Origin: a bacterium
GTDB lineage: Bacteria > Desulfobacterota > DSWW01
NCBI GenBank assembly: GCA_040756235.1
Contig: JBFLZG010000137.1
Location: 21,493 to 85,492, forward strand
Reading direction: 5' to 3'
DNA: 64,000 nucleotides
Shown: one piece after another, positions 9,280 through 18,533 of the stretch
Layout: each line of letters opens with the position of its first letter
Numbering within the stretch: the first letter of the stretch is position 1
Position numbers and translations under genes: made by a program
The notes under the pieces: model-generated
Database searches by the model: none
Seen by the model: only the letters and a program-made list of their open reading frames with translations
Told to the model about the DNA's origin: nothing

Positions 9280-10815
9280 ATGGGCTCAGAGCAGCAACAT
9301 TCCGGGGCAGAGAGGGCGAAGTCGGGCAGTTTCGCCGGCAACGTGGCGAGACTCTCTGCGGGCGAAGGGGTCGCCCAGATCATCGCCGTCCTCTCGCTCC
9401 CCGTCCTTGCGCGGCTCTACGCTTCGAGCGAGTTCGGCATCTTTTCCATTTTCACCTCCGTGCTGACGATTCTCTTTCCCCTCACCACGTTACGTTACAA
9501 CAATGCCATGATGCTGCCGGAGAAGGAGAGCGAGGCGGCAAACCTCCTGGCCCTGTCGATCGCTGCGGTGCTCGGTTTCGGCCTGCTCGCGGGGTGCGCC
9601 GTCGCGCTCTATGTGCTGCTGCCGTCCGTGCAGGCGCGCTGGCCAGTCCCGGCGGCTACGGCTTACCTGGCGCTCATGCCTCCTTCCATGATCATCGCCG
9701 GCTGCGCGCAGGCCATGATCTTCTGGGCCCTGCGCCAGAAGATGTTCACGCCCATGGCCGCGTCCAGGGTCGTCGAATCGGTTTCCGACAAGGCGCTGGC
9801 GATCACGGCGGGAGCGCTGCTCGGAGGAAGCGCGCTGTGGCTGATCGCGGCAAGAATGGTGGGGCCGCTGCTGGGCGCCTTCTACCTGGCCCGCACGGCG
9901 GTCCTCTCGTCCCTCGGACACTTGCGGCGCCAGGTTTCCCTCCGGGAAATGAGCCGGCTGGCGCGGCGCTACAAGGACTTTGCGCTCTTCTCCAATTTCG
10001 CCTTTCTGATCAACAACCTCTACCGGGAATTGCCGTTGATCTTCCTTGCCGGCCTGTTCTCGGTCGAGGTGGCCGGCTACTACGGGCTGGCGATGCGCGC
10101 GGTGAAGATGCCGACCCAGTTGCTCGGGGAGGCGATCAGCAGGGCTTTTTTCCAACTCGCTGCCGCGCAGGGCGGCCGCCGGGAAGGGCTTGCGAAAGAT
10201 ACGGTGAAGCTGCTGCGCTCCCTGCTGACCGCTTCTTTGCCCCTGCTCGCGGTGCTGATCCTGCTCGGCCGGCCGATCTTCGAGATCCTGTTCGGGTCCG
10301 AGTGGCGCGAGGCCGGGCGGTACTGCGAGATCCTGGCCGCCTATGTGCTGGTTTTCTTCGTCTTCCGGCCGTTGAGCGTCCTTTTCGACGTCTTCGAGAA
10401 GCAGCGGGAGAGATTGCTGTTCAACGTGGTCGTGCTGGCCGCTCAGAGCGGGGTGCTGCTGCTGGGAAGCCGGTGGACCGGGTCTGCCCCGGCCACTTTG
10501 ATGCTGTTCACCGCCGTCTCCGTGGTGATTCATGCCGCGGGTTGCGGATACTTGCTGCGGCTGGCGGGAGTGAGACTCGCGGAAGTCTGTGGAATCGTTG
10601 CATCCAAACTGGCCGGCATGCTGCCGCTGGCCGTTGGGCTCGGCGTCTCCAGAAGCCTGCTGCCCGGACATCCCGCAAGCAGCGCGATGGTCCTGGCCAC
10701 GTGCTTCCTGGCACAGGGCTGGTGGATGGTGCGCCATGACCCCGAAGCAAGAGAGGTGACAGGCCGGATTCTGCTCCGGTTCCGCCGGCCCGCTGACGGG
10801 CGCCCGAACCCGTGA
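9280..10815 (+). CDS. oligosaccharide/polysaccharide flippase (Wzx, MOP superfamily)
   Basis: 511 aa with about 12-14 TM segments. The N-terminus GNVARLSAGEGVAQIIAVLSLPVLARLY is typical of Polysacc_synt flippases, and the gene sits in an EPS locus. Confidence 0.8.
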   Translation: MGSEQQHSGAERAKSGSFAGNVARLSAGEGVAQIIAVLSLPVLARLYASSEFGIFSIFTSVLTILFPLTTLRYNNAMMLPEKESEAANLLALSIAAVLGFGLLAGCAVALYVLLPSVQARWPVPAATAYLALMPPSMIIAGCAQAMIFWALRQKMFTPMAASRVVESVSDKALAITAGALLGGSALWLIAARMVGPLLGAFYLARTAVLSSLGHLRRQVSLREMSRLARRYKDFALFSNFAFLINNLYRELPLIFLAGLFSVEVAGYYGLAMRAVKMPTQLLGEAISRAFFQLAAAQGGRREGLAKDTVKLLRSLLTASLPLLAVLILLGRPIFEILFGSEWREAGRYCEILAAYVLVFFVFRPLSVLFDVFEKQRERLLFNVVVLAAQSGVLLLGSRWTGSAPATLMLFTAVSVVIHAAGCGYLLRLAGVRLAEVCGIVASKLAGMLPLAVGLGVSRSLLPGHPASSAMVLATCFLAQGWWMVRHDPEAREVTGRILLRFRRPADGRPNP

Positions 10816-11031
10816 GTCAGCTCCGGCCTTCGGCTCGCCACACGAAACTCTACCGTCCTTTTCTCGACACCCACGTACGACCCCGCACGGAGAGCCGGCC
10901 CTGAAGGTTGCGGCCGACTCCGTGGGATGCGGCCGGTCCCGACGGACCGCGGCCGAGCGGCCACGGCTGCCGGCGGACCCTGCGACAACCCTTGCCGGCA
11001 CACACGCGGCAGCGCAACAGGGAGGTGCGAC

Positions 11032-11733
11032 ATGCTGGTTCATCGATGGCAGTTGTCCTGCAAGCGTCTTATGGACCTTCTGGCAGCAAGCATGGGAGTG
11101 ACTCTGCTCCTTCCCGTCCTGGCCGTGATCGCCGCGGCCATCAAGCTGACTTCGCCCGGGCCGATTCTGTTCAGGCAGTCACGCTCGGGGCTAAATGGCC
11201 GCCCGTTCCAGGTGCTCAAGTTCCGCACCATGACCACCGACACGCGGCCGGTGGTCGGCACGGAAACGCTGGAAGACGACCCGCGGATCACGGCGGTCGG
11301 ACGGTTCATGCGGAAGACGGGACTGGATGAGCTGCCTCAGCTGTTCAACATTCTTCGCGGCGAGATGAGCATCGTCGGCCCGCGGCCGCTGCTGCAATGG
11401 GAAAACGACATGTGCAACGCGCGCGAGAGGCGCCGTCTGGAGGTCAAACCGGGCATCACCGGCTTGTCGCAGATCCACGGGCGCAACGCGATTCCCTGGC
11501 ACGCGCGCGTGGAATGGGACGTCCGCTACGTGGAGCGGGCCGGCATCCGTCTGGACCTGTGGATCCTGCTCAAGACGGTCCCGCTCGTGCTCTTCGGCGA
11601 GAACGCCTATGCGGACCCGGGGATGGATATCTATTCCGACCCGGCCAATGACAATGACCCGGCATGCGCACGGGCGGCCGGGGCCGGGGACTCGCAGTGC
11701 CTGTCGGGCACCGCGGAACAGGCTCGGCGGTAA
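11032..11733 (+). CDS. undecaprenyl-phosphate sugar-phosphate transferase (bacterial sugar transferase, WbaP C-terminal type)
   Basis: Start trimmed to ATG 11032, preceded by GGAGG. One N-terminal TM, then PGPILFRQSRSGLNGRPFQVLKFRTM, DELPQLFNILRGEMSIVGPRP and KPGITGLSQI, the signature blocks of this family. Confidence 0.9.
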   Translation: MLVHRWQLSCKRLMDLLAASMGVTLLLPVLAVIAAAIKLTSPGPILFRQSRSGLNGRPFQVLKFRTMTTDTRPVVGTETLEDDPRITAVGRFMRKTGLDELPQLFNILRGEMSIVGPRPLLQWENDMCNARERRRLEVKPGITGLSQIHGRNAIPWHARVEWDVRYVERAGIRLDLWILLKTVPLVLFGENAYADPGMDIYSDPANDNDPACARAAGAGDSQCLSGTAEQARR

Positions 11734-11760
11734 GACGGACCGGATGCGGAGGGATGCCCC

Positions 11761-12891
11761 ATGAGTACCGTCCCCACCACCTCAGAAGACCCTTCGGTGG
11801 ACCGGGCCCGTACCGGCGCGACTCCGGCGGCAGGCCGCTCACCCGTCCGCCCGGCTGCGGAGATCGCAGATCATGCCGCAGAGAGCTACCAGATCGTTCG
11901 AGAGCTGCCGGTCGAGAAATGGCGCAGATTTGTTCTCGATCAGCCCGACGGCAACATTTTCCACACACCGGAGCTCTTCAAGGTTTTCGAACGCGCCAAG
12001 GGCCATGAATCGAGGGTGTGGGCCGTCGTGGACGGCAGATCGGAGGTCCTCGCGATCTTTCCGCCGGTGAGAATCAGTGTCGGCAAGGCGATGGGGATCT
12101 TCGCCAGGAGGGCGGTCGCTTACGGAGGCGCGCTGTGGAACGCGAGCGCCGCCGGCCGGAACGCTCTGGCCGCGCTGCTGAGGGCCTACAAGCGCGATCC
12201 CCGAAAGTCGGCGCTCTTCACCGAGGTGCGCAATCTTTCCGATGCTTCGGCCGGAGGGCCGATCTTCACCGGGCTCGGCTTCACCTACACGCCTCACCTG
12301 AATTACCTGATCGACCTCGACCGGCCCCCGGAAGCGGTCCTCGGCTCGATCGGGCGGCGCACCCGCAAGAAGATCCGCCATGCCCTGCGCAGCGGGGATG
12401 TGGTCGTCCGGGAGATTGCCTCCAGGGAAGAGCTGGCGCCGTGGTACGCCGTGCTTCAGACAACGTATCACCGCGCGCGAGTGCCCCTGCCGGACATTTC
12501 GCTGTTCGAGGCGGCCTACGATCTGCTTCACCCTCTCGGGATGGCCAAATTCCTGGTCGCCCAGACGAACGGATCCTACGCCGCCGTCTCGGTCGAGCTG
12601 CTTCACAAGGACGTGATCTACGGCTGGTACGGAGGCACCGACCGGAGGTTTTCCAGATACAGCCCGAACGAGGTGCTCACCTGGCATATCCTGCAGTGGG
12701 GAGCGACTCACGGCTACAAGGTCTACGACTTCGGCGGCGCAGGGGACCCGGATGAACCTTACGGGGTGCGCGATTTCAAGGCCAAGTTCGGCGGAGAGCT
12801 TGTCTCCTTCGGGCGCTATACCCTGGTGCATTCCTCGGTGCTGCTGCCGATCAGCAAGGTGGGGTATGAAATCTACCGGCGATTTCTCTGA
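11761..12891 (+). CDS. FemAB-like / GNAT-fold aminoacyl(acyl)transferase
   Basis: 376 aa. YGWYGGTDRRFSRYSPNEVLTWHILQWGATHGYKVYDFGGAG and VRDFKAKFGGELV are typical of the FemAB/FemX family. Confidence 0.7.
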   Translation: MSTVPTTSEDPSVDRARTGATPAAGRSPVRPAAEIADHAAESYQIVRELPVEKWRRFVLDQPDGNIFHTPELFKVFERAKGHESRVWAVVDGRSEVLAIFPPVRISVGKAMGIFARRAVAYGGALWNASAAGRNALAALLRAYKRDPRKSALFTEVRNLSDASAGGPIFTGLGFTYTPHLNYLIDLDRPPEAVLGSIGRRTRKKIRHALRSGDVVVREIASREELAPWYAVLQTTYHRARVPLPDISLFEAAYDLLHPLGMAKFLVAQTNGSYAAVSVELLHKDVIYGWYGGTDRRFSRYSPNEVLTWHILQWGATHGYKVYDFGGAGDPDEPYGVRDFKAKFGGELVSFGRYTLVHSSVLLPISKVGYEIYRRFL

Positions 12892-12962
12892 GGTCGTTCA
12901 AGCTGATGCCGTCGGAAACCCGCGGCACGCCGGCTGCGCCGGTGCGTGAATCACAGGGGCCG

Positions 12963-14069
12963 ATGCAAGTCACCCATCTCACGGATCGTCAGCGCGGCAC
13001 ATGGAGCGACTTTCTCGGCCGCGAGCCTGCTTTCGCGCTGCTGCAATCCTGGGAATGGGGCGACTTCAAAGAGAAGCTCGGCTGGAAGGCGTTTCGCATC
13101 GCGGTGACGCTCGCGGGCCAGATCGTTGCGGGAGCGCAGCTCCTGATCAAGCCGCTCCTTCCTGCGATCGCCAGCCTCGCCTACGTGCCCCGCGGGCCGG
13201 TCGGGCGCTGGACGACGGACGGGGAAGCTGCCTCCCTGCTCCTGGCCGAGCTCCACCGCGTCGCCCGAGAGCACCGAGCCGTCTTGTTGAAGCTCGAGCC
13301 GCCTCTGCCGGACGGGGAAGGAGCGGCGGAGGCCCTTGCAGGACGCGGCTTCCGCGCGAGCCCGTACAACAACCAGCCCCGATCCACGATCATACTCGAC
13401 CTGGGGGGGGAGCCGGACCGAATCCTGATGCAGATGCGCCAGAAGACGCGCCAGTACATTCGCAGCGCGGTGCGTCAGGGGGTTACCGTCCGGGCCGGCG
13501 AGGCCGCGGACCTCCCGGACGTCTGTGAGCTCATCCGGATGAGCGGAAAGCGCAAGCGCTACCCGACGCGCAGCTCCGGCTACTACCAGACCGAGTGGCA
13601 CTCGCTGCAAGGTCACATCGTGGTCCTCATGGCCTACCTGCACGGCAGGTTGCTGGCCCTGCGCACGATCTGTTCTTTCGGCAGGCATGCTGCCGAGCTG
13701 CACGCGGGATCCGTGGAACACGGCGGCAAGCTTCATCCCAATTACCTCCTCGTGTGGGAGGGGATCCGATGGGCCAAGTCGCGAGGCTGCCTGACTTACG
13801 ACTTCTGGGGCGTTCCCGAGCAGGTGGGACAGGACGCGTGCAGAGGCATGGGACCGACCGCGTCCGAACGGACCGATGATTTGTGGGGAGTGTACCGGTT
13901 CAAGCGGGGGTTCAGCAGGAATGTCGTGTCGTACGTGGGGTCGTACGACTATGTCTACAGACCGATGCTGTACAACCTGGCTTTCAACAGGTATCTGGGC
14001 TCGAAGAGAATGGACCTGATCGCCCCCTGGCTGGACCGCGTGCGGACCGCGCGCAGGGCAGGGCCATGA
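12963..14069 (+). CDS. FemAB family protein (second copy)
   Basis: Start trimmed to ATG 12963 (MQVTHLTDRQRGTWSDFL). ALLQSWEWGDFKEKLGWKAFRI, PNYLLVWEGIRWAKSRGCLTYDFWGV and YRFKRGFS are classic FemAB blocks. Confidence 0.8.
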   Translation: MQVTHLTDRQRGTWSDFLGREPAFALLQSWEWGDFKEKLGWKAFRIAVTLAGQIVAGAQLLIKPLLPAIASLAYVPRGPVGRWTTDGEAASLLLAELHRVAREHRAVLLKLEPPLPDGEGAAEALAGRGFRASPYNNQPRSTIILDLGGEPDRILMQMRQKTRQYIRSAVRQGVTVRAGEAADLPDVCELIRMSGKRKRYPTRSSGYYQTEWHSLQGHIVVLMAYLHGRLLALRTICSFGRHAAELHAGSVEHGGKLHPNYLLVWEGIRWAKSRGCLTYDFWGVPEQVGQDACRGMGPTASERTDDLWGVYRFKRGFSRNVVSYVGSYDYVYRPMLYNLAFNRYLGSKRMDLIAPWLDRVRTARRAGP

Positions 14070-14716
14070 GAATCCTGCCGCCGAACAATCCGTGGATCGA
14101 CCGCGTGACAGATCTGGCTGCGGACTGGCGCTTCGTGCACCTCAGCCGGGGATGGAAGCCCGGCCTGTCCTGGCTGGGCAGGCAGCTGGCCATGCTGCCG
14201 TACCGGCAGCTCCGGTTCTTCGTCCTGTCGCGGTCGCTGGCCGAGCCGATGCCGGAGCCAGCCCAGAAGATCGCGCTGAAGGTGCGGCCGTTCGCGCCCG
14301 GCGACCTCGAGTGGGTGCGGCGGGAGATCTTCCCTTCCGAGGCCCGGTTGTTCCAGCGGCGGCTGGAACGGGGGCACATGGGCTTCGTGGCCTGTCACGG
14401 CGAGCGGATCGTCGGGTACAGCTGGGCCTGCACGGACACCACCCTGGAGCGGCTGGAGCTGCGGCTCGAACCCGGGGACGTGCTCTTCACCGACTCGTTC
14501 ACGGTCCCGGCCTTCCGCGGCCGGGGCGTGCAGACGATGCTGTCCCTGGAGCGCCTGTGCGCGTTTCGCGAGCGGGGATACGCACGGGCGATCTTGTACA
14601 TCGAGGTGCACAACACGCCCTCCCTGGCGGTCTGGCGCAAGCTCGAGGCGCAGGTTCTCGCCCGCGTCCGCTTCCGGCGCGTCGGCTGCTGGCGCAGCAC
14701 GCAACACGACCCCTGA
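14066..14716 (+). CDS. GNAT family N-acetyltransferase
   Basis: Start ATG 14066 overlaps the previous stop (ATGA). FTVPAFRGRGVQTMLSLERLCAFRERGYARAILYIE matches the acetyl-CoA-binding R/Q-x-x-G-x-G/A block. Confidence 0.7.
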   Translation: MRILPPNNPWIDRVTDLAADWRFVHLSRGWKPGLSWLGRQLAMLPYRQLRFFVLSRSLAEPMPEPAQKIALKVRPFAPGDLEWVRREIFPSEARLFQRRLERGHMGFVACHGERIVGYSWACTDTTLERLELRLEPGDVLFTDSFTVPAFRGRGVQTMLSLERLCAFRERGYARAILYIEVHNTPSLAVWRKLEAQVLARVRFRRVGCWRSTQHDP

Positions 14717-14723
14717 GACGCAG

Positions 14724-16064
14724 ATGTCGGCAGCGATACGGCGACTGGTGTTGAGGGTGCACCGGCTGACGGGGCGGCGCGTGCTGGAGCGCCTGGAGGA
14801 GCTCAACCGCACGCAGTGGCTGGGACGGGAGAGCCTGCTGCGCCTGCAACGGGCCCGCCTGCAACAGGTGGTCGCATACGCGCACCGGCATGTGCCCTAC
14901 TACCGGCGAGTATTCGAGGAGGCGGGATTTCGGCCGGACGATGCGCCCATCGATCCTGAGGCGTGGCTTCGGATCCCGGTCCTGACCAAGGCGATCGTCC
15001 GCGCCCGTTTCCACGATCTCATGACCACCGAGCCGGAGCGCCGCAGAGAGCTGACTGAGGTGAGGACGTCCGGGTCTACCGGATATCCCCTGGTGTTCAT
15101 GCAGGACCGCGGCTACCGCGACAGCGTCACCGCCGATATCCAGCGCCACCTCGGCTGGGCGGGATGGAGGCTGGGCGAGCCGCACGCGTACATCTGGGGC
15201 GCGAGCTTCGACGCCAGCCTGCAGCATTCGCTGCGGGCTCGTCTCCTGGACTGGACCTGGAACCGTTGCGTGACGAACGCCTACCTGATGACCGAGGACT
15301 CGATGGCGGCCCTGGCCGGGCATGTACGCCGCAGACGCCCCCGCATCCTCTTCGGCTACGCTTCCAGCCTGCAGCGGTTCGCCCGGTTCGTCCGGCGGCA
15401 GGCCCTGCAGGACATCTCGTTCGACGGCGTCTTCTCGTCGGCCGAGGTGCTGTTTCCGGACGTGCGCCGGCTCATCGAGGAAACGTTCCGCTGCCGGGTC
15501 TTCGACCGCTACGGCTCGAAGGATCTGGGCGGCATTGCCTGTGAGTGCGAGGCACACGCGGGAGTGCACGTCAGCGCGGAAAACAATTACGTGGAGATCC
15601 TGCGCGACGGGCGCCCATGCCGCCCGGGGGAGGTCGGCGAAATCGTCGTCACGAACCTGAACAATCTCGGGATGCCCTTCATCCGGTACGGCATCGGGGA
15701 TTACGGCGCGTGGAAGAGCGCCGGAGAGTGTCCGTGCGGCCGCGCCGCGCCCATGCTGGAGGCGGTGCAAGGGCGCATCGGGGACTCGTTCAAGACGCGC
15801 GACGGCCGCACGGTCGGGAGCGTATTCGCCGGCTTGCTGGCCGACCCCGGGATCGAGCAGTTTCAGATCGTCCAGAAGTCGCTCGACCTGGTGGTCGTCC
15901 GGCTGGTGAAGCGGGGGGAAATTTCCCCGCGCACCCTGGATCGGATCGCGCGCGCGCTCCGCACCAGCCTGGGCGAGGGCGTCCGGGTCGTATACGAGTA
16001 CCCGGAAGCGATCCCGGTGCTGCCCTCGGGGAAGCACCGCGCCATGTTTTCGGACTGTGAATAG
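14724..16064 (+). CDS. phenylacetate-CoA ligase (PaaK)/coenzyme F390 synthetase-like adenylate-forming enzyme
   Basis: 446 aa. The TSGSTGYPLVF P-loop, a GYASSL..F block and the C-terminal LPSGKHRAM fit the PaaK-like family that recurs in EPS loci. Confidence 0.8.
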   Translation: MSAAIRRLVLRVHRLTGRRVLERLEELNRTQWLGRESLLRLQRARLQQVVAYAHRHVPYYRRVFEEAGFRPDDAPIDPEAWLRIPVLTKAIVRARFHDLMTTEPERRRELTEVRTSGSTGYPLVFMQDRGYRDSVTADIQRHLGWAGWRLGEPHAYIWGASFDASLQHSLRARLLDWTWNRCVTNAYLMTEDSMAALAGHVRRRRPRILFGYASSLQRFARFVRRQALQDISFDGVFSSAEVLFPDVRRLIEETFRCRVFDRYGSKDLGGIACECEAHAGVHVSAENNYVEILRDGRPCRPGEVGEIVVTNLNNLGMPFIRYGIGDYGAWKSAGECPCGRAAPMLEAVQGRIGDSFKTRDGRTVGSVFAGLLADPGIEQFQIVQKSLDLVVVRLVKRGEISPRTLDRIARALRTSLGEGVRVVYEYPEAIPVLPSGKHRAMFSDCE

Positions 16065-16153
16065 GGCCGCGTGGCCGGCCGCGCGCCGCACGGGCCTGCG
16101 GCTCTCGGCTCTCCGGACCCATGACCGAGATCTTCGATCTTCTCAGGGGGTGA

Positions 16154-16840
16154 ATGATGAAACGAGATCTGCTTGTGCTGCGATCGTTGCTCCGGCTCGC
16201 CGCCGCGATCGTGTTCCTGTTGCTCCCGGCCGCCGAGCTGGCGGGCGAATCCGAGCTTCCTCCCGTGCCGCTGGGCAGCCCGGGAACGGACTGGCAGCCC
16301 GATGCAGGAGACGCCTTGCCCGAGGCGGAGACCGGCGTCCCCGCGGCCCCCGCTCCGCCGGACTACGTCGTCGGGGCCGGGGACGAGCTCGAGATCTTCG
16401 TCTGGCGCAACGACCAGCTCTCCCGCCGCGTGACCGTCATGCCGGACGGCACGATCTCGCTCCCGTTGATCCAGAAGGTGTCGGCTGCCGGCTTTACGGC
16501 CGAGCAGATCCGGGACCGCATCACCGAGCTCTTGAGCGACGACCTCGAGCGCCCCCGGGTCAACGTGATCGTCAGCGCGACCCGGAGCTGCCGGGTCACC
16601 GTCCTCGGACGCGTGGTCAAGCCCGGGGTCTACCCCCTCACCGGCACCACCACGGTGATCGAGGCGATCTCCATGGCCGGCGGGCTCACCGAGTGGGCCA
16701 AGAAGCGCAAGATCACGGTCATCACGCGGCGGAACGGGAAAGAGGAGAGCGTCCGGATCAACTACAATAAGATCGTTTCCGGTGAAGACCTTTCCCAGAA
16801 TCTGGTGCTGCAGCGCGGCGACACGATCGTGGTGCCGTAG
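16154..16840 (+). CDS. polysaccharide export protein (Wza/EpsE-like; Poly_export + SLBB)
   Basis: Signal peptide, then DYVVGAGDELEIFVWRNDQLSRRVTVMPDGTISLPLI and VTVLGRVVKPGVYPL..TTVIEAISMAGG. Confidence 0.85.
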   Translation: MMKRDLLVLRSLLRLAAAIVFLLLPAAELAGESELPPVPLGSPGTDWQPDAGDALPEAETGVPAAPAPPDYVVGAGDELEIFVWRNDQLSRRVTVMPDGTISLPLIQKVSAAGFTAEQIRDRITELLSDDLERPRVNVIVSATRSCRVTVLGRVVKPGVYPLTGTTTVIEAISMAGGLTEWAKKRKITVITRRNGKEESVRINYNKIVSGEDLSQNLVLQRGDTIVVP

Positions 16841-16853
16841 TCCTGCCTCTTAC

Positions 16854-16926
16854 GAGCTCTTCTCCCCCCTTTCGCAAAGGGGGGGTGGGGGGATTTCGGA
16901 TGGAGCAGCCGAGCTCGAAAATCCCC
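16854..16926. repeat. 73-bp intergenic repeat, copy 1 (contains 9-bp-stem hairpin CCCCCCTTT-cgc-AAAGGGGGG)
   Basis: gagctcttctcccccctttcgcaaaggggggg...ggatggagcagccgagctcgaaaatcccc. It is 68/73 identical to 16982-17054. A third solo hairpin (cccccctttttcaaagggggg) lies at ~16932-16952. Confidence 0.9.
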
Positions 16927-16981
16927 CCTGACCCCCCTTTTTCAAAGGGGGGCAAAGAAACCGGCGTCAGGCTCTTTCCCT

Positions 16982-17054
16982 GAGCTCTTCACCCCCCTTT
17001 CGCAAAGGGGGGCCGGGGGGATCTTGGATGGAGCAGCCGAGCTCGAAAATCCCC
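16982..17054. repeat. 73-bp intergenic repeat, copy 2
   Basis: Direct repeat of 16854-16926 with 5 mismatches, in the same orientation and 128 bp downstream. It ends 24 nt before the predicted start of the OM barrel gene. Confidence 0.9.
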
Positions 17055-17078
17055 ACCAACCGGAGCGATACCCAGCTC

Positions 17079-18383
17079 ATGAAAAACTCGTCTCCTGTGT
17101 ATGTCCTCTTTCTGGCCGGCGTTGCCGCCTGCCTGTCCGCTGCGCCGGTCGAAGCGCGCTGGAGTCTGAAGCCTCGCGTGTATGCCGAAGCACAGTACGA
17201 CGACAACATCCTCCTCTCTGCAGAGAACGAGCAGGATGATCTCATCACGACCGTTGCGCCCGGGCTCAGCCTGGCGCACGAGAGCCCGACCGACGAGGTG
17301 AACCTCGACTATCAATTCCTGCACTCCTTTTTCCGGGAAAACTCCGAGCTCGACTACTCGGGTCACATCGGCCGCCTCCGGGCGCACAAGGACTTCGGCC
17401 GCCTCGGCTTCGATCTGGCGGAGGTGTTCCTCCGTTCCGAGAACCCGGTCGAGCTTACCGGGCTCGTCACCTTCGAGCGCCCTTCCCTCCGCCGCGGGGA
17501 GAGGTTCCGCTACACCCGCAACATCGTGGCTCCCGAGCTCCGCTTCCGTTTCGGCGAGGGGCGTTCCGTCCGCCTCTATTACCGGAACAACCTTCTCAGG
17601 AACCAGGCCGGGGACGTGGCCGACCAGGACGCACACGCGTACGGCGCCGCCCTGGCATTCCGGATCAACATACGCAACCGCTTCGACCTTTCCTACGAGC
17701 GAGCGGACCGCGACTACGGAGAGATCGTGCCGCCGCAGCCTTCGCGCGACTCCGAGGGGGACATCGGCCGCATCCGGTACACCCATGCCTTTGACCCGAG
17801 GATCGCCGTCTTCACCGAGTACCGCTACGACGGAAGGGATTTCGAGCGGGAGACTCCGGGGTTTTTCGACTACACGACCCATGACCCGAGGCTCGGGGTG
17901 ACCTACGAGCTTGACGATCGCACGCGCCTCAGCGCGTCCGCCGGCTATGCCGTTCGGGAGGCGGAGGAAGGCAGAGACCAGGAGACCTTCTCCGGCCGGG
18001 TCGACCTCACGGGGCAGCGCGGGCGCCTGGAGCTCGAGGCATACGGGGAGACCGGCTTCGACGAGGATTTCGTGAGCGCGGAGCTTCTGGGGTTCTACGA
18101 GTTCTGGCGCGCAGGCCTGCGTGCGACCTTCCCGCTACTGGAGCGCCTGTCCCTGGAAGGATACTTCTACTTCGAGCGTGACGAGTTCGACGACATGGAC
18201 CGCCGCGACCGGATCCTGAGCGGCCGGGCGACCCTGAGCTATCAGCTTCTCCGGTGGTTGTCCGTGTCGCTCCACTACCAGCGCATCGAACGGAGCTCCG
18301 ACGTCTCCTCCGAAGAGTTCGAAGACAACCGCGCCCTCGCCCGGGTCACGGTCGAACATGACTTCCTCCAAGAGGCCCCCTGA
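17079..18383 (+). CDS. outer-membrane beta-barrel protein associated with the EPS export genes
   Basis: Start trimmed to ATG 17079, giving signal peptide MKNSSPVYVLFLAGVAACLSAAPVEA. The body has an alternating Y/R/D/F-rich beta-strand pattern throughout. It sits directly after the Wza-like gene, as EpsL-type barrels do in exosortase-type EPS loci. Confidence 0.6.
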   Translation: MKNSSPVYVLFLAGVAACLSAAPVEARWSLKPRVYAEAQYDDNILLSAENEQDDLITTVAPGLSLAHESPTDEVNLDYQFLHSFFRENSELDYSGHIGRLRAHKDFGRLGFDLAEVFLRSENPVELTGLVTFERPSLRRGERFRYTRNIVAPELRFRFGEGRSVRLYYRNNLLRNQAGDVADQDAHAYGAALAFRINIRNRFDLSYERADRDYGEIVPPQPSRDSEGDIGRIRYTHAFDPRIAVFTEYRYDGRDFERETPGFFDYTTHDPRLGVTYELDDRTRLSASAGYAVREAEEGRDQETFSGRVDLTGQRGRLELEAYGETGFDEDFVSAELLGFYEFWRAGLRATFPLLERLSLEGYFYFERDEFDDMDRRDRILSGRATLSYQLLRWLSVSLHYQRIERSSDVSSEEFEDNRALARVTVEHDFLQEAP

Positions 18384-18533
18384 ACCCCGGCCTTCCCGCA
18401 GAGCTTCCCGCCCGCAGCTTCGCCGGTCCGTAATAGCGCCTGCCTCTTCCTGACCCAACAAGAACCCGAACAGACCGTCTTCCCGCATCCTCTGACAGAA
18501 CGATGCCCTCGCTCGTTCATGCGAGGCGGCGCT

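Noticed and set aside
16854-17054. Possible mini-CRISPR array
   Set aside because: There are only two 73-bp copies, far longer than CRISPR repeats, separated by 55 bp that itself contains a related hairpin. No cas genes are present in the window.
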